This document shows, piece by piece, positions 11,266-23,135 of a stretch of DNA of 64,000 nucleotides (the stretch's first letter is position 1; each line of letters begins with the position of its first letter). Under the pieces are notes generated by a model. That model was not told the DNA's origin, ran no database searches, and saw only the letters and a list, made by a program, of their open reading frames with translations. The DNA lies in assembly GCF_018977255.1 (NCBI RefSeq), contig NW_024704742.1, positions 116,438,001-116,502,000 of the forward strand, read 5' to 3'. Source of the DNA: Callorhinchus milii. Lineage: Eukaryota. Made by a program: the position numbers and the translations under genes.

Positions 11266-12004
11266 AACAATAATCCTTACATTTTATACAGTGTAGCACC
11301 TTTCACATTGTGAATACGTCTACACAGAATATATTGTAAAGTGGAGCGAACGCTGCAGCCAACTTGCACACAGCATTATCCCACAAGCAACCATGCCCAA
11401 GTATATTTGAGTGATTGTTAAGGTCCGGTCTAAGGCATCTGCTTATATTAACAATGTTCCCCTGATTCTACTGACATCTTCAAACAACTACTCATCAAAA
11501 TAATTAAACAAATCTACAGGAATCTCCCTCCTTTAGAAAAGTTAAATTATGTTGTAATTATCAAATGTGATCGGTCTGAATTCTACCTATTGCATCCCTT
11601 GCAATTTTTTCTGTTAACTTCCTAGGACTCGTGTTTGTCTAACCGATGTTTAGTAGACAATGCTTCCCACTAATTTTCCTCTTTTCCTCAATGAAAATCA
11701 GAAACTTTTCTCTTTTATCTTTTCGATATTTCCACTTCTAATGAACTGTAAAAAAAATCTCTACCCGGGCTCCTCTTGTTTCTTCTTTTTAATATTCTTG
11801 GATAACTTCCATCAGAATCTGGAATTATGTCTTCTTTCTAAATCTCCAGTCTCCCAATAACTATTTCCTTGCTAATCTTTATTTTTGTAAAATACTGTAC
11901 TCTGTTGGCAACCTGAGAACTTGATTACGGGCTATGAAATATTCCTATGTTTTTCCTTATCAATGATGAAAAGACATGAATTGAGAGGTCAGCCTGACTG
12001 AAGT

Positions 12005-12250
12005 GGAATCCTGTAGCTCAGTGGTTAGAGCACTTGCCTCGCAAGCGAGAGACCTGGGTTCGATTCCCAGCAGGGCAAAACGTTGGGCAAGTTTCCTTAT
12101 TCCACACGCCTGTTTATCTAGCAATAAGTAGGAATCCGGTTGTTAGTCGATTGGTGGATGGCTTTCCAGAGGGAATAATTCCTTCAACAACAACAAAAAA
12201 TAAATTGGTCACTCAATCCACAATTGATTGTGGGACACTGCTGTATGCAG
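12005..12250 (+). mobile_element. Young SINE, long (CORE-like) variant, 3'-truncated
   Basis: A-box tagctcagtgg, B-box ggttcgattcc, extra segment tgtttatctagcaataagtaggaatccggttgttagtcgattgg. Confidence 0.9.
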
Positions 12251-12269
12251 GTAAGAAGGAGCTGCAGAA

Positions 12270-12480
12270 GCAGGTAAGCTGCAGAAGGCCTTGAAAGCGA
12301 GGAAGAGGATTTTGAACTCTATCCTCTGGGGGATGGGGAGCGGTGAGACCGGGCGAGGGTGCCATCATAAAGTCACGGAGCAGATGTGGGAGAGGATATG
12401 AGCTCCAGAGTTCTGGACGATCTACAGCTTGTGCATAGAAGAGTTGGGAAAGCCAACAAGCAGGGAGTCTGCGTAGTCAA
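12270..12480 (-). mobile_element. L2 ORF2 C-terminal fragment
   Basis: Reverse complement encodes KLxIVQNSGA..PIPQRIEFKILFLAFKA. Confidence 0.8.
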
Positions 12481-12814
12481 ATTAAATTCAGTTTTAATTT
12501 GGAAAGCTGTTTTGCGCAGCCTTCAAATTAAGAGTGAATTTTGCAATTTCCCACAGTTCAATGTAATCTTCTATTTGAAGGTGATACTAACAATCCTTGT
12601 ATTCATTTTAAAGTGCTTCACAGGATAAACTGTAAAGTAGTGGGATTTTGTGTGTTTTCTGGCCAATCGCGGCAGCCAACCTGCGCACAGCAATGTTCCA
12701 CAAACAGTCATTGATTGAGTGAATGACTAATTTATTTGGAGGGGTCTCAGAGGACATTGGGAGAAATTTGCTTCACTTGTCAAATAGTGCCAAGTTTGAA
12801 GATACAGCTATCAA

Positions 12815-13155
12815 CAATGATTGGACAGATTTCAGATTTTCTTGTGGATATGAGATAATTGAGAGGACCTGATAGAGGTATTTTATGTTAGGAAAGGAAT
12901 TAATACATTGAACATGAATAGATAGTTTCCATTTATTGATAAGCCCAAAACAAGGGTCAGGTCTAACAGGGAGTTGAGGAGGAACATCTTTATGGAGAGA
13001 GATGTTGAGAATGTGAAATGGAAGTTGTGGTTGAAGCAAAAAGTATCAATGCATTGAAGAGGAAACTTGATGCATACACGAGGGAAAAGAGAATAAAGCT
13101 ATATAAGAGAGGAGACTAGGAAGCATGAAGGCTCATGTGGAGTATAGGCTCACCA
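12815..13155 (+). mobile_element. CR1 3' fragment, degraded
   Basis: agaggacctgatagaggta...gagttgaggaggaacatctt...gagggaaaagagaataaagc. Confidence 0.6.
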
Positions 13156-13157
13156 CA

Positions 13158-13466
13158 GGAGTTCTGTAGCTCAGTGGTTAGAGCACTCACCTCGCAAGTG
13201 AGTGACCTGGGTTTGATTCCCAGCAGGGTGAAACCTTGGGGAAGTTTCCTTACTCCACACCCCTGATAATAATCCCTCAAGAAAAAAATAAAGAAATTGG
13301 TCACTTCAATCCATGCCTATTTGTGGGACACTGCTGTGTGCAATTAGCTGCCGCGTTTTGCCCACAAAATATACAGTCAATTCACTTTACAGTATATTCT
13401 GTGAAACCCTTTGAGACATCATGAAGATGTGATAAAGTCCATATCAAATGCAAGGATTATTATTAT
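13158..13466 (+). mobile_element. Young tRNA-Ala-headed SINE, full length (short variant)
   Basis: tRNA-like head, ccttggggaagtttccttactcc, Deu core, L2-type tail with (TTA)n. Confidence 0.95.
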
Positions 13467-13929
13467 AAGTGAAGATTGTCATTCCTTAACACCCTTTTGA
13501 GTGTGAATGCAGTATAATAAAAACAAGAATTGTCTTTACAAATGTAAATTTTTAATCAAATTCTCAAACACCCCATCCTGTTTACTTTCAGTTGATCATA
13601 TGTTATTTCCCCTATTTCTTGGTTACAGCTTTTCCATAAGCTTTTATGTCTCCATCTGACCTCCTAGTTACAGGTCCAAAAAAAGTTGCTCTGGTCTCTA
13701 ACAGACTCAGTTTCTCTCTGTTAAATATGAGCAACAAAGCTATTTGAAATGGTCTGAATTGAACTGAACTTTAGTCTAATTTAGAGTAAAAAATTACCCT
13801 CCTTGGGGTTGGTAAGTGGTGTCTCTTTGGATCTGAGCTGACTTCAACATGATGCTCTTGGCAATGGAATGTTGGAATCAAGTCAATCCTCCCCAATCCT
13901 GGGGGATCAGCTGGGTTTCTAACACAAAC

Positions 13930-14224
13930 TGTCCTGCTTCACATCACCCCCACTGCTAGTTCATCATCAGCACTTGGGCCTTTAGCCTTGAAGCTCCATC
14001 CCAGAGTCCCTTCATCTCACCCATTCCCCTGTCTCCTTCAAGGTCCATCTCAAGACCTTTCTCTTTGACCATGCCTTCAGTTATCTTCCCACCTTGTCCC
14101 CTTGACACCCCACTCTCTCAAATCCAACCCCCAGCTCAGGTGCAAACCCTCAACTGTCCAGCAACTTGGGACATCCTTCCGACATGCAAAGAGCTATATA
14201 AATGTAATTTATTGTTGTTGTTGC
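13930..14224 (+). mobile_element. L2 3' fragment
   Basis: ccttcaaggtccatctcaagacc..., ttgggacatcc, (TTG)n tail. Confidence 0.85.
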
Positions 14225-14599
14225 TTTGCGATGGCCTCTTGATGTGAAAGTTGCTGTACCAAATAGAATGATTATTATTATTAATGTGTGTTTGTGTGTG
14301 GCGGGGGGGTGGTGGGGGGTGGAATTTGTCAGGCACTGATTTCCAGTTTTAAGCATTTAAGGGAAAGATTTCTAGTTTTATTGAGCAGCTTGTGATAAAC
14401 CTCATCAAGAACTTGGTTGATAAAAACACAACTATAAAAAGATAATGACAAGAACATGAGTACCAACAGGGCATGTAAAACAATTAATGCTTGTGAAGTA
14501 TGTCACATGATCCATGGGAACGATACTCTGATGCAATCTATGTCTACATACTATTGCAAAGCATGTACAGAAATCAAAATGAAATGCTTAATATAATTA

Positions 14600-16204
14600 A
14601 TATAAATTAAAAAATGGTAATGGAGAATATAATGAGATTCAAGATAGACAAATCTCCAGGACCTGATAGTTTCCACCCCAAGGTGTTAAAGGAAACAGGA
14701 GAGGAAATTGCAGATGCATTCGTCATAAATTTCTAAAGCTCACTAGATTCGAGAATTATGCCTTTAGACTGGAAAATTGCAAATGTCATTCCATTATTTA
14801 AAAAAGGAGGGAGAAACCGGGAAACTACAGACTTGTCAGCTTCACATCAGTTGTAGGGAAAATACTGGAATCCATCATCAGGGACAGAGTGACTGAACAT
14901 TTGGACAGGTATGAGCTAGTCAGAGAGTCAGCGTGAGTTTGTGAAGGGTAGGTCGTGTCTGACTAATCGAGTTGAATTTTTTGAGGAGGTCACTAAAATG
15001 GTTGATGAGGGAGTGTCTACGGATGTTGTTTATATGGACTTTCAGAAGGCATTTGATAAGGTTCCACCCAAAAGATTATTAGCAAAAATGGAAGCGCATG
15101 GAATCGGAGGTAACCTTGTGACGGGGCTTGGTAATTGATTGGGAGGCAGGAAACAGAGTAGTAGGGATAAAGGGAACATTTTCTGATTGTCTGGAAGTGA
15201 CACATGGTGTCCTCCAGGGGTCTGTACTGGGACCTCAGCTTTTCGCCATATATATAAATGACTTGGATAAAGGAATAGAAAATTTTGTATCCAAGTTTGC
15301 AGATGACACTAATCTAGGAGGCTCAGTAAATTGTGTAGATGGGAGTAGGAAGTTACAAAGGAATTTAGACAGATTAAGTGAGTGATAAAGCTGTGGCAGA
15401 TGGAGTTTAATGAAGTGAACTGCAAGGTCATTCACTATGGATCGAAAAAAGATAAAGCAAAATATTTTCTATTACTTAATGGGGAAAACCTAACAACTAT
15501 GGAGAAGCAAAGAGATTTGGGTGTCCATATTCACAAATCACTAAAATCTAATTCCCAGGTGGAAAAAGTAATCAAAAAGGTAAATGGGATGTTGGCCTTT
15601 ATCTCAAGGGGCCTGGAATACAGAGAAAGAAATGATGCTTCAGCTGTATAGAGCGTTAGTCAGACCCCATCTGGAGTACTGCGTTCAGTTTTGGGCACAA
15701 GACTTCAGGAAAGATATATTGGCCCTGAAAGGGGGTGCAGCGCAGGTTCACCAGAATGTTACCAGGCCTAAAGGGGTTAAGTTACGAGGAAAGGCTGCGT
15801 AAACTTGGATTGTATTCCCTTGAGTTTAGAAGGTTGAGGGGTAATTTGATTGATGTGTTTAAGATGATAAAGGGATTCGACAGGGTAGATACAGAGAAGC
15901 TATTTCTTAGTCATAGAAGACTTAGGGCATAGTCTTCAAATTAGAACCAGGCCATTTAAGAGTGAAATCAGGAAGTATTTTTTCACTCAAAGAGTGATAG
16001 ATATCTGGAACTCTCTCCCCCAAAAGGCTTTAAGAGTGAGGTTGATAGATTTTTTGTAGGTCAGGGTATCAAGGGATATGGGGAAAAAGCGGGAAATTGG
16101 AATTGACAGGATTAGTTGAGGCACAGATCAGCCATGATCTAATTGAATGGCGGAACAGGCTCAAAAGGCTGAATGGCCCTACTCCTGTTCCTATGTTCCT
16201 ATGT
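14600..16204 (+). mobile_element. CR1 LINE, 5'-truncated ORF2 (RT) with frameshifts and stops, intact 3' tail
   Basis: DKSPGPD, DWKIANV.PLFKKG, GRSCLTN, YMDFQKAFDKVP, QGSVLGP, KFADDT, LVRPHLEYCVQFW, LGLYSLEFRRLRG; ends in CCTATGTT repeats. Confidence 0.95.
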
Positions 16205-16658
16205 GTCTATGGCCACCTACCTCCTATCCTCTCCCATCTTTTTTAATTGATGTCCAGCACTGAACCTGTAAAGTGCTTTGACTTTAACTGATGATATGAA
16301 AGGCTCTACACAAATGCAAGTTAAAGTGCAAGTTATTGTTATAGCTTACAGCATTCATTGTCTAGACTACCATCTGTATGTATGGTCACTTGGGTGAGGT
16401 AGCAGATGTTGATCAGTGCCTGCAGAACCATCATGAGTGATACCATAACAATCTCTAACAATCTCCCCAGTTACTGTGAATACCAGTGGGGAGTTAGTGT
16501 CTTCAGGAGGGGAGAGCGGGATCAAAGATCGGGAGATGAAAATGTGGCATTCGCTGTCTGGATTCACTAAATAATGATTCCTAACGGTAACCAAAAGTAA
16601 GTAACCTGGTCGTGGGAAATCTGCTTTATCACAAGCATCTTCTGGAGCAGATTTCATC

Positions 16659-16795
16659 TGCTGTGCGCAATTGGCTGCTGCGTTTCGCCCACAAATATAC
16701 AGTCAATTCACTTTACAGTATATTCTGTGAAGCGCTTTGAGACAGACATGAAAAGCGCTATATCAAATGCAAGGATTATTATATTTATTATTATT
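16659..16795 (+). mobile_element. Young SINE 3' fragment
   Basis: ctgctgtgcgcaattggctgctgcgtttcgcccac through (TTA)n tail. Confidence 0.9.
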
Positions 16796-17389
16796 TCCCA
16801 GGGGTCATGTGATGCACTTTTAATTACATTCAGGAGTTGCTGTTTGTGATTGAGAGATGCTGTTTAAGAAATGTAGGCAGTGGATACCTCTTTTTCAATC
16901 CAATATTCAGTTTCCTATAAATGCCTATAAAAGGAATGGAAATAGTTATGTGAAAATGGTGCAGGCTGTATGTTACAGTATGTTGTTCGGTCATTAGAAA
17001 ACTATTGTAATGAGCATCATTCAGTGAGTGATGATCCATCTTGTGTGATACATGCACTGCTGTTTTCACACTCAATCAAAAACAAAGTCTCATAAGAAAC
17101 AACACTGGTGTGACTTGCATTCCTTCAGGGGATCAACCACTGCAAACTTCAAGTGGTTGCATGTCATTAACAATGTCCCCAGGTGATGTGATCATCAATG
17201 AGGACAGGAATTATAACACTATAGATTTCCAATTTCACTCCCATCCCATCAGCAGACAGACATCTCAGCTCAGCAGGCAGATAATCATTGATACAGAGGG
17301 GAACTAATTTGTTGTTTTTCTTAATCGGATTCTTTGTATGACTCAGATTATTTACTAAGGAACAAATAATAAGCATACAGATAATGATC

Positions 17390-17765
17390 AATGCCTTTGG
17401 GATAACACCTGAAATGTGAAAGCACCTCAAAGTGCTTCACTGGTAATTGTGATCAAGTGTAGTGATGGTATTTGTAGAAAAACGCAGCAGCCAGTGTAAT
17501 GTCGCACAAACAGCCATGAATTGAATGATCAATTTATCTAGAGGATTGTTGGACAGGATACCAGGAGAAACTGCCTTCTCATTTTCAATAACACCCTGAG
17601 ATCTTTAACGTCCAAAGAACAGGCAGACAGGGTCTCAGTTTAACATTGCATCCGAAGGATGACACTTTCAACAGTGCAGCACCCCCAGCACTGCATTGGA
17701 GAATACGCTTGGACCATATGAGCACATGGGGGGCTGACATGGTGCTTGACCTTACAATCTTCTAT
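17390..17765 (-). mobile_element. Old DeuSINE
   Basis: aacaggcagacagggtctcagtttaacattgcatccgaaggatgacac motif. Confidence 0.75.
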
Positions 17766-18232
17766 TCCATGTGGGGGAGGGATTCAACATTGTTTAGCAT
17801 CATTACAGCAAAGACATTAAGTCATTAGTAAATGGAAAACAGATTGTTAAAGGGAAATTGCAGGAGACAATTTAGATAGAAATCTATGGCAGCAGGCATA
17901 GGAACGAGTAACTATTCCTATATAAGTAAAGTGGTCAGTGCGATAAGCATGATTTTTCTATGTGATTATCCTGATAAGAAGTGGAAACAAATGTGGACAC
18001 ATTTTCAAAAATAAAAACTCTGCTTTCTTTGAAGAAACCTTTTGGGGAAGAGTGTGAGAAATCTGAGAGTTGCAAATTTTGATTTTGCAAAAAATTGCAT
18101 TGAACTAAAGATTTGATAACCAATTCTAGAAAGGATAGGAAGTAACCTGGCTGTGGAGATCAGACAGTGGAACCCATTGTCACTATTATAACACTTCTTG
18201 GTAAAACTCTCTCAGCCTGCGACACAATGGAG

Positions 18233-18470
18233 TGTCAGCCTGGCTCAGTTGGTAGCACTCGCCTCAGAGTTAAAAGGTTGTGGGTTCAAGCCCCACATTG
18301 GGGCTTTGAGCTCATCCAGTCGATTGACATTCCAATGCAGTGCTGGGTGCTGCATTTTTGGAAGTGCCATCCTCTGTATTACATGTTAAACTGAGGCCCA
18401 TTTGCCTGATCAAATCGAAAGTAAATATACCACGGCACTATTCAAAAAGAGCAGGTAGTTTCTCTAAGAT
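18233..18470 (+). mobile_element. Old DeuSINE 5' half with tRNA-like head
   Basis: gtcagcctggctcagttggtagcactc..ggttgtgggttcaagcccc (A- and B-box). Confidence 0.8.
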
Positions 18471-18496
18471 GTTATCCTACTTGAAAGGCACTTAAA

Positions 18497-18968
18497 CTGA
18501 CTCCTAGGTGACCTGCCTGGCAACAGAATGTCGGAATCAAGTCAGTACTCTGTGGTGGTCCCGGTTCCTGAGCCAGGTGGTATTCTAGGGGACTAACAGC
18601 ACAGCCAGCCTGCTAACCCTGCAAGCCAAAGCCCTAACAGGTAGGGTAGTCCTAGTTGGACAAGCAGCAGGAAAGCTTGTCAGACAGGAATATCAATGTG
18701 GTTTTAGCTGGTTAGTCTCCAGCAGTACCCCAAAGCACACACTGAGGTCCCCAAGCCTTGGCTCTTGCCAACCTGTGCCTAATACTTTCCGGAATTAGCT
18801 GAGCAGGATGTGTCATTCCAGGGAGCAAGTGCGCATTCCATTCCAACAATCTATCTGTGGGACTTCCATGCGTAGGTGGGATCCATGGAAATCTCAGCTT
18901 GGTTTGGATACTCTTGAGCTTGGTGATGGGTTTCCACAGGTGCAGACATCCAGATGACCAAAAAAAAA
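18497..18968 (+). repeat. Family X copy with A-run end
   Basis: Aligns with 46118-46420 (aagccttggctcttgccaacctg; tggtttggatactctt); ends gacc plus an A run. Confidence 0.75.
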
Positions 18969-21212
18969 GGAAAGGCACTATATAAATGCAAGTACTATTG
19001 TTTTAATATTTACTATTCAACAAGGTTGGTGTGTAAAAACGATAATGTTTTCACTTTTCCAAGAAAAGAAGCTGTAAATATTCTCTCTCCAGTCCCCACC
19101 AAATTAACGCACACACATTTTTGTAATGGGTAAGCCATGTGTCTGAGACACATAGAGATACGTGATGCACCCTGTTCAACTAATCCTAGAAAGTATCAGG
19201 AACAGGTTGGCAGGAGTCAAGGCTTGAGAACCACCATTGGAGTATATGTTTAAATCTGAATACATTCACACACACACGCATGACCACAAAATCTGAAAGG
19301 GAAAAGGAAGTCAGTAACCACAAGAATGTTGCGCTGATGTGAAACTCTAGTGAACTTTTCCTTGCATGTTTATAATGGAAAATCCTGTCTTGACCAATAT
19401 ATCAATTAGTGCATGATGGATCCCAGGAACAATGAAAGAAAGAGGATCAAGGGAGGAAAAAATCAATTTATAGATGCTTATTTCAGCATGCTTTCCAGGT
19501 CCTCAATAAAAAAAATCCTGACTGGGTTGAAAAGTTAGTGCATTATACCATAAAACAAAGCAATTGAAAGGCATCTGCTTTGAAACAGCTCTGGGCCACT
19601 GTGGCTGAGAGAGAAACTGTCTGGAAGAGGCCAGCATTTAGACAGGTGCAGGCAAAGAATTGATGTCAGCCAAGGTCCTTAAGCACTCCATCGGGCAATG
19701 GAAGATCCGAGACATGGCAGAGAATCGTCTCCATTACATGGCTAATAATTCATTTCAGGACAATAGAAATCCCTTTTTCACTCCCATTCAAAAATAAATC
19801 AAGCTTTTCGTATTGCTGGGTTTTACTTCGCTGTGGGCTTAACAAACATTCTTTGCTTTGTTTCTTTTCATTAACTTTCTTCTTAGGGTCAACATTACTT
19901 TCATTGCCAATAGGATACCTTTGTATAATCTACCATCTTACAAAGTGTGCTGAGAATGGTGTGTGTCCAAGTACATTAATTTTATATATAATATAAATTA
20001 TTTAATGTGAATTAATATAGATAATACACTATTTACATTAATACATTGACCAGAAGGTTGCACAAGTAGACAATAGGGATGCTTATAAGGGAGCTTAATG
20101 GATATTGTAAATAGATGCTTGAGAAGTAAGGGTTTTAAACGGAAAGAGGGAAATATGATTGAAGGTTCTGCCATTGGAACAGCCATAAATGTTTAATGGC
20201 CTCTCATTATTTTTATGTTCCAAAGGAGAGGGAAATAAGTAAAAGATTTCTCTATATTGTGAGAATGGTGACAGTTAAGGGTGTTTCCTAAATGTAACAT
20301 ATGCCCTGGTGTTTTAATGTGTGGGTTGGGTTAACAACTCATTTGCAAATTTGCAGGTAGGGTTAACCACGTGCAAATGATAAAAATAAGTCTTGCGTTT
20401 GATATAACACCTTTCATATTCCTGACCTCCAAGGCAATTGAGCCCAAACTCCAGTCTATTCATCCCTCCTTCCTCACATCTCATATTTATATTCGGTTGC
20501 CCCTTCCCCAGCTCCAACAGCACAGAAATAGCAGGAAGATCGACCAATTCTGGCAGGTAGTAGCACTCAGCTCTTAATGACAAGAATCCATCAACAACTT
20601 AAAGTCATACTGGCGGAAATATGTAATACTGCAAACGCGAACATTCTGTGTTATTTCCACATAAGGATTTATTCCTTCTGAAAGGAGCAGGCTGTCTGCT
20701 CTTTGAAACACTTAAGGAAGGGAAATGAAGTCTAAGCAGGAAAGAAAAGAAATGTCCTATCATCTGTAGCTTATGCAGTCACTTTAGATGAGTCTCAGTT
20801 CATTTTTATTCTCTCTAAGGTAAACTGGTCCATTCACACTGATTTTAAAGGCATTTTGCCTGATACCCGTGTGACAGGAAAGCGCAGGGGGTTTACTTTT
20901 TCCTGCAGGCTTGATTCTGGACCATGCTGGGCAGGTGCATACCATGCAGCCACATGGGAAGCCTGTGGCTAAAGTGAAGCCCTCCTGCAGCTTGATCCAA
21001 AATGAATACTGATTTAATTTTCAGGATGAAAGATTAGCATAAACTGAATAGATTCAATACATTGAACACAGGGGTCTGGGAAAGCAGGGGCTGAAAATGG
21101 TCTGTGTTTTACCTAATGTTGTAGAATATGAAAGTAGACATGTTGCAGAAAGGAAAAGTAAAGAGTAAATGAATTTATTCACACGTGGGAAACAAAGTGA
21201 TACTTAATATAA

Positions 21213-21292
21213 GGCAAAACCTTAGGCAAGTTTCTTTACTCCACACCCCTGTTTACCTAGCAATAAGTAGGAACCCGGTTGTTAGTCGATTA
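21213..21292 (+). mobile_element. Young SINE internal (CORE-like) fragment
   Basis: aaaccttaggcaagtttctttactccacacccctgtttacctagcaataagtaggaacccggttgttagtcgatt. Confidence 0.8.
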
Positions 21293-21869
21293 TTACAAAC
21301 TGTTGGCTTGGAATTTTATTTAATCTTAACTTATGACATCTTACAATTTAGCATGGTGCAGAACTGTGAATAATTCTTAAATCAATCTTAATTTGGCTTC
21401 CTTTTTTAAGAACTGCAGGAAACTGGATTCTAAATAAATGCTTTCAAAAACTCTGCGATATGTCAAACATTAAAATTCAAAATGGTCTTAAAGGCTAAGA
21501 GTAGGTGGAATTTCGGGCCTAATTGTATTTCAAATCTCCCGATGAGATACAGAGAATAATAGTTGGTAATATCTATTGTCATTTGAACCAAAGACATGTT
21601 AAGCTTTGGTCACACTCCAAGCCCATGTTTGCTGTTTATAGTAAATATTGCTTCATAATTTTTAACTTAGTAGTTTCTCAATGGAGTCTTAGAATCAGGG
21701 GCCATCCCTGTTACCATTATGGCTGCTTCCTGACACCATTTCTGACAGCAATAATATTTTGTAACTTCATTGCTGTCAGGAATAAATCTGTGTCAACCAA
21801 CAGGAAAGAGGTTTTACTGAAAAACAATGCACTAGTGAGCCCCAAGTTGGGACTTTGACCTCACACAGT

Positions 21870-22075
21870 TTTGCCTGACACTCCAATCCCGTGTTGAGGG
21901 TTTGCTGTATTGTTAGAGGTGCCATCCTTTGGATGAAATATTAAAACTGAGGTCCTGCCTGTTCAGGTGAATGTTAAATGTCTCCTGCCATTATTTGGGA
22001 AGAGAATGGAGTTTCTCCTGGTGTCATGGCTAACAATCCCCGCCAAATAAAATTGGTCATTCACTTCATGATCAT
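21870..22075 (+). mobile_element. Old DeuSINE fragment
   Basis: gaggtgccatcctttggatgaaatatt..cctgcctgttcaggtgaatgttaaa. Confidence 0.75.
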
Positions 22076-22104
22076 GAAACAACCTCCAAATTGATTTCAT
22101 CTTA

Positions 22105-22270
22105 GTCTAGGTTTATTCTATTTTCTCAGCATTTCAGAGGATCCAGAATTTTGCAAAATCTTAAATCCAGCTTTTAATTTTGAAGCCAGATTTATGTAAT
22201 TTCTTTTGAAACATACAAAAGATGGCATCGTAGTTAAGACTAAATTCAACATTTTGCAAAATTCTGGATA
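22105..22270. mobile_element. Palindromic MITE-like repeat
   Basis: Perfect 19-bp inverted repeat 22141-22159 / 22251-22269; homologous to 54657-54863. Confidence 0.65.
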
Positions 22271-22329
22271 CTTTGAAATGCAAGTGTTCCACGTAAAAGA
22301 CACCATATAAGTGCAAGTTGTTGTTGTTA

Positions 22330-22500
22330 ATAAAAATAATCCTTGCAATTGATATAGTCCCTTATCACTTCGTTGAGACCTTACAAAGCACTTCACAACA
22401 TAAACTATTAAGTGGATTGACCATGTATTTTGTTGCCGAAACGCGACAGACAATTGTACACCACAATGTCCCACAAATTATTTCGGGGGAGGGATTATAA
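22330..22500 (-). mobile_element. DeuSINE 3' portion, tail-to-tail with an L2 tail at 22288-22329
   Basis: (GTT)n of the L2 tail abuts aataaaaataatccttgc. Confidence 0.75.
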
Positions 22501-22974
22501 CAAAACAGAGTAAATCTAGTTGCTAATACTTTGTTTTGTTATTTTTGGCATTCACGCACAATATCCTGCAATGCTGCATTGATCCAACTGCACTGTACAT
22601 GCAAATATGATCAATACTGTGATATATATTTCCGTTTTTCACTGAACACCTTAGCCTCATGAAGTCCGCTTGCTTGTCGTGAATGAATGAAGAGGAAAGA
22701 AAATCCAGTTTGCAAAAGCTGCAATTTTAGCTAGTGGTATTTTGATGGGAAATTAAACGTTTGTGATTTTGTGTTCCGATGCATAAATACTGTGAAATGT
22801 ACGTTGAACAGAAAAGTATTCAACTTAAAAAATACATTGTTGAGCCTATAGTTTATTTGTTTTATCAACTAAAGTTATGGGTTGAGGCTGAAACCAGGCC
22901 AGACGGATGGGATAGATGTCTCTTCTCTCTGCCAGCTGTAACATGCTTGGACAGTCTCAACCTAATTTGAAATG

Positions 22975-23135
22975 GGCTCGAGTCCACAGAGCTGCCCACA
23001 GTTGACTACTAACTGGCATTAAATTGGCAGTTTGACTCAGAAAGAGTACAAGCATGCCAAGTAGGTGAAATGGTGTGAAGAGTGATCCTTAGTATTTGGG
23101 GTGAAGGCACATTGTGTTGGCAGAGAGCTTTTCTT
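22975..23135 (+). mobile_element. LF-SINE-like fragment
   Basis: taactggcattaaattggcagt...ggggtgaaggcacattgtgttggcag; related sequence at 23300-23480. Confidence 0.4.

Noticed and set aside
16471..16602. Possible exon (ccccag acceptor, gtaagt donor)
   Set aside because: Stops in all three frames and no partner exons; a non-coding exon cannot be supported without RNA data
20885..21012. Acceptor-like site followed by a short open frame (LILDHAGQV...)
   Set aside because: No recognisable homology; expected by chance
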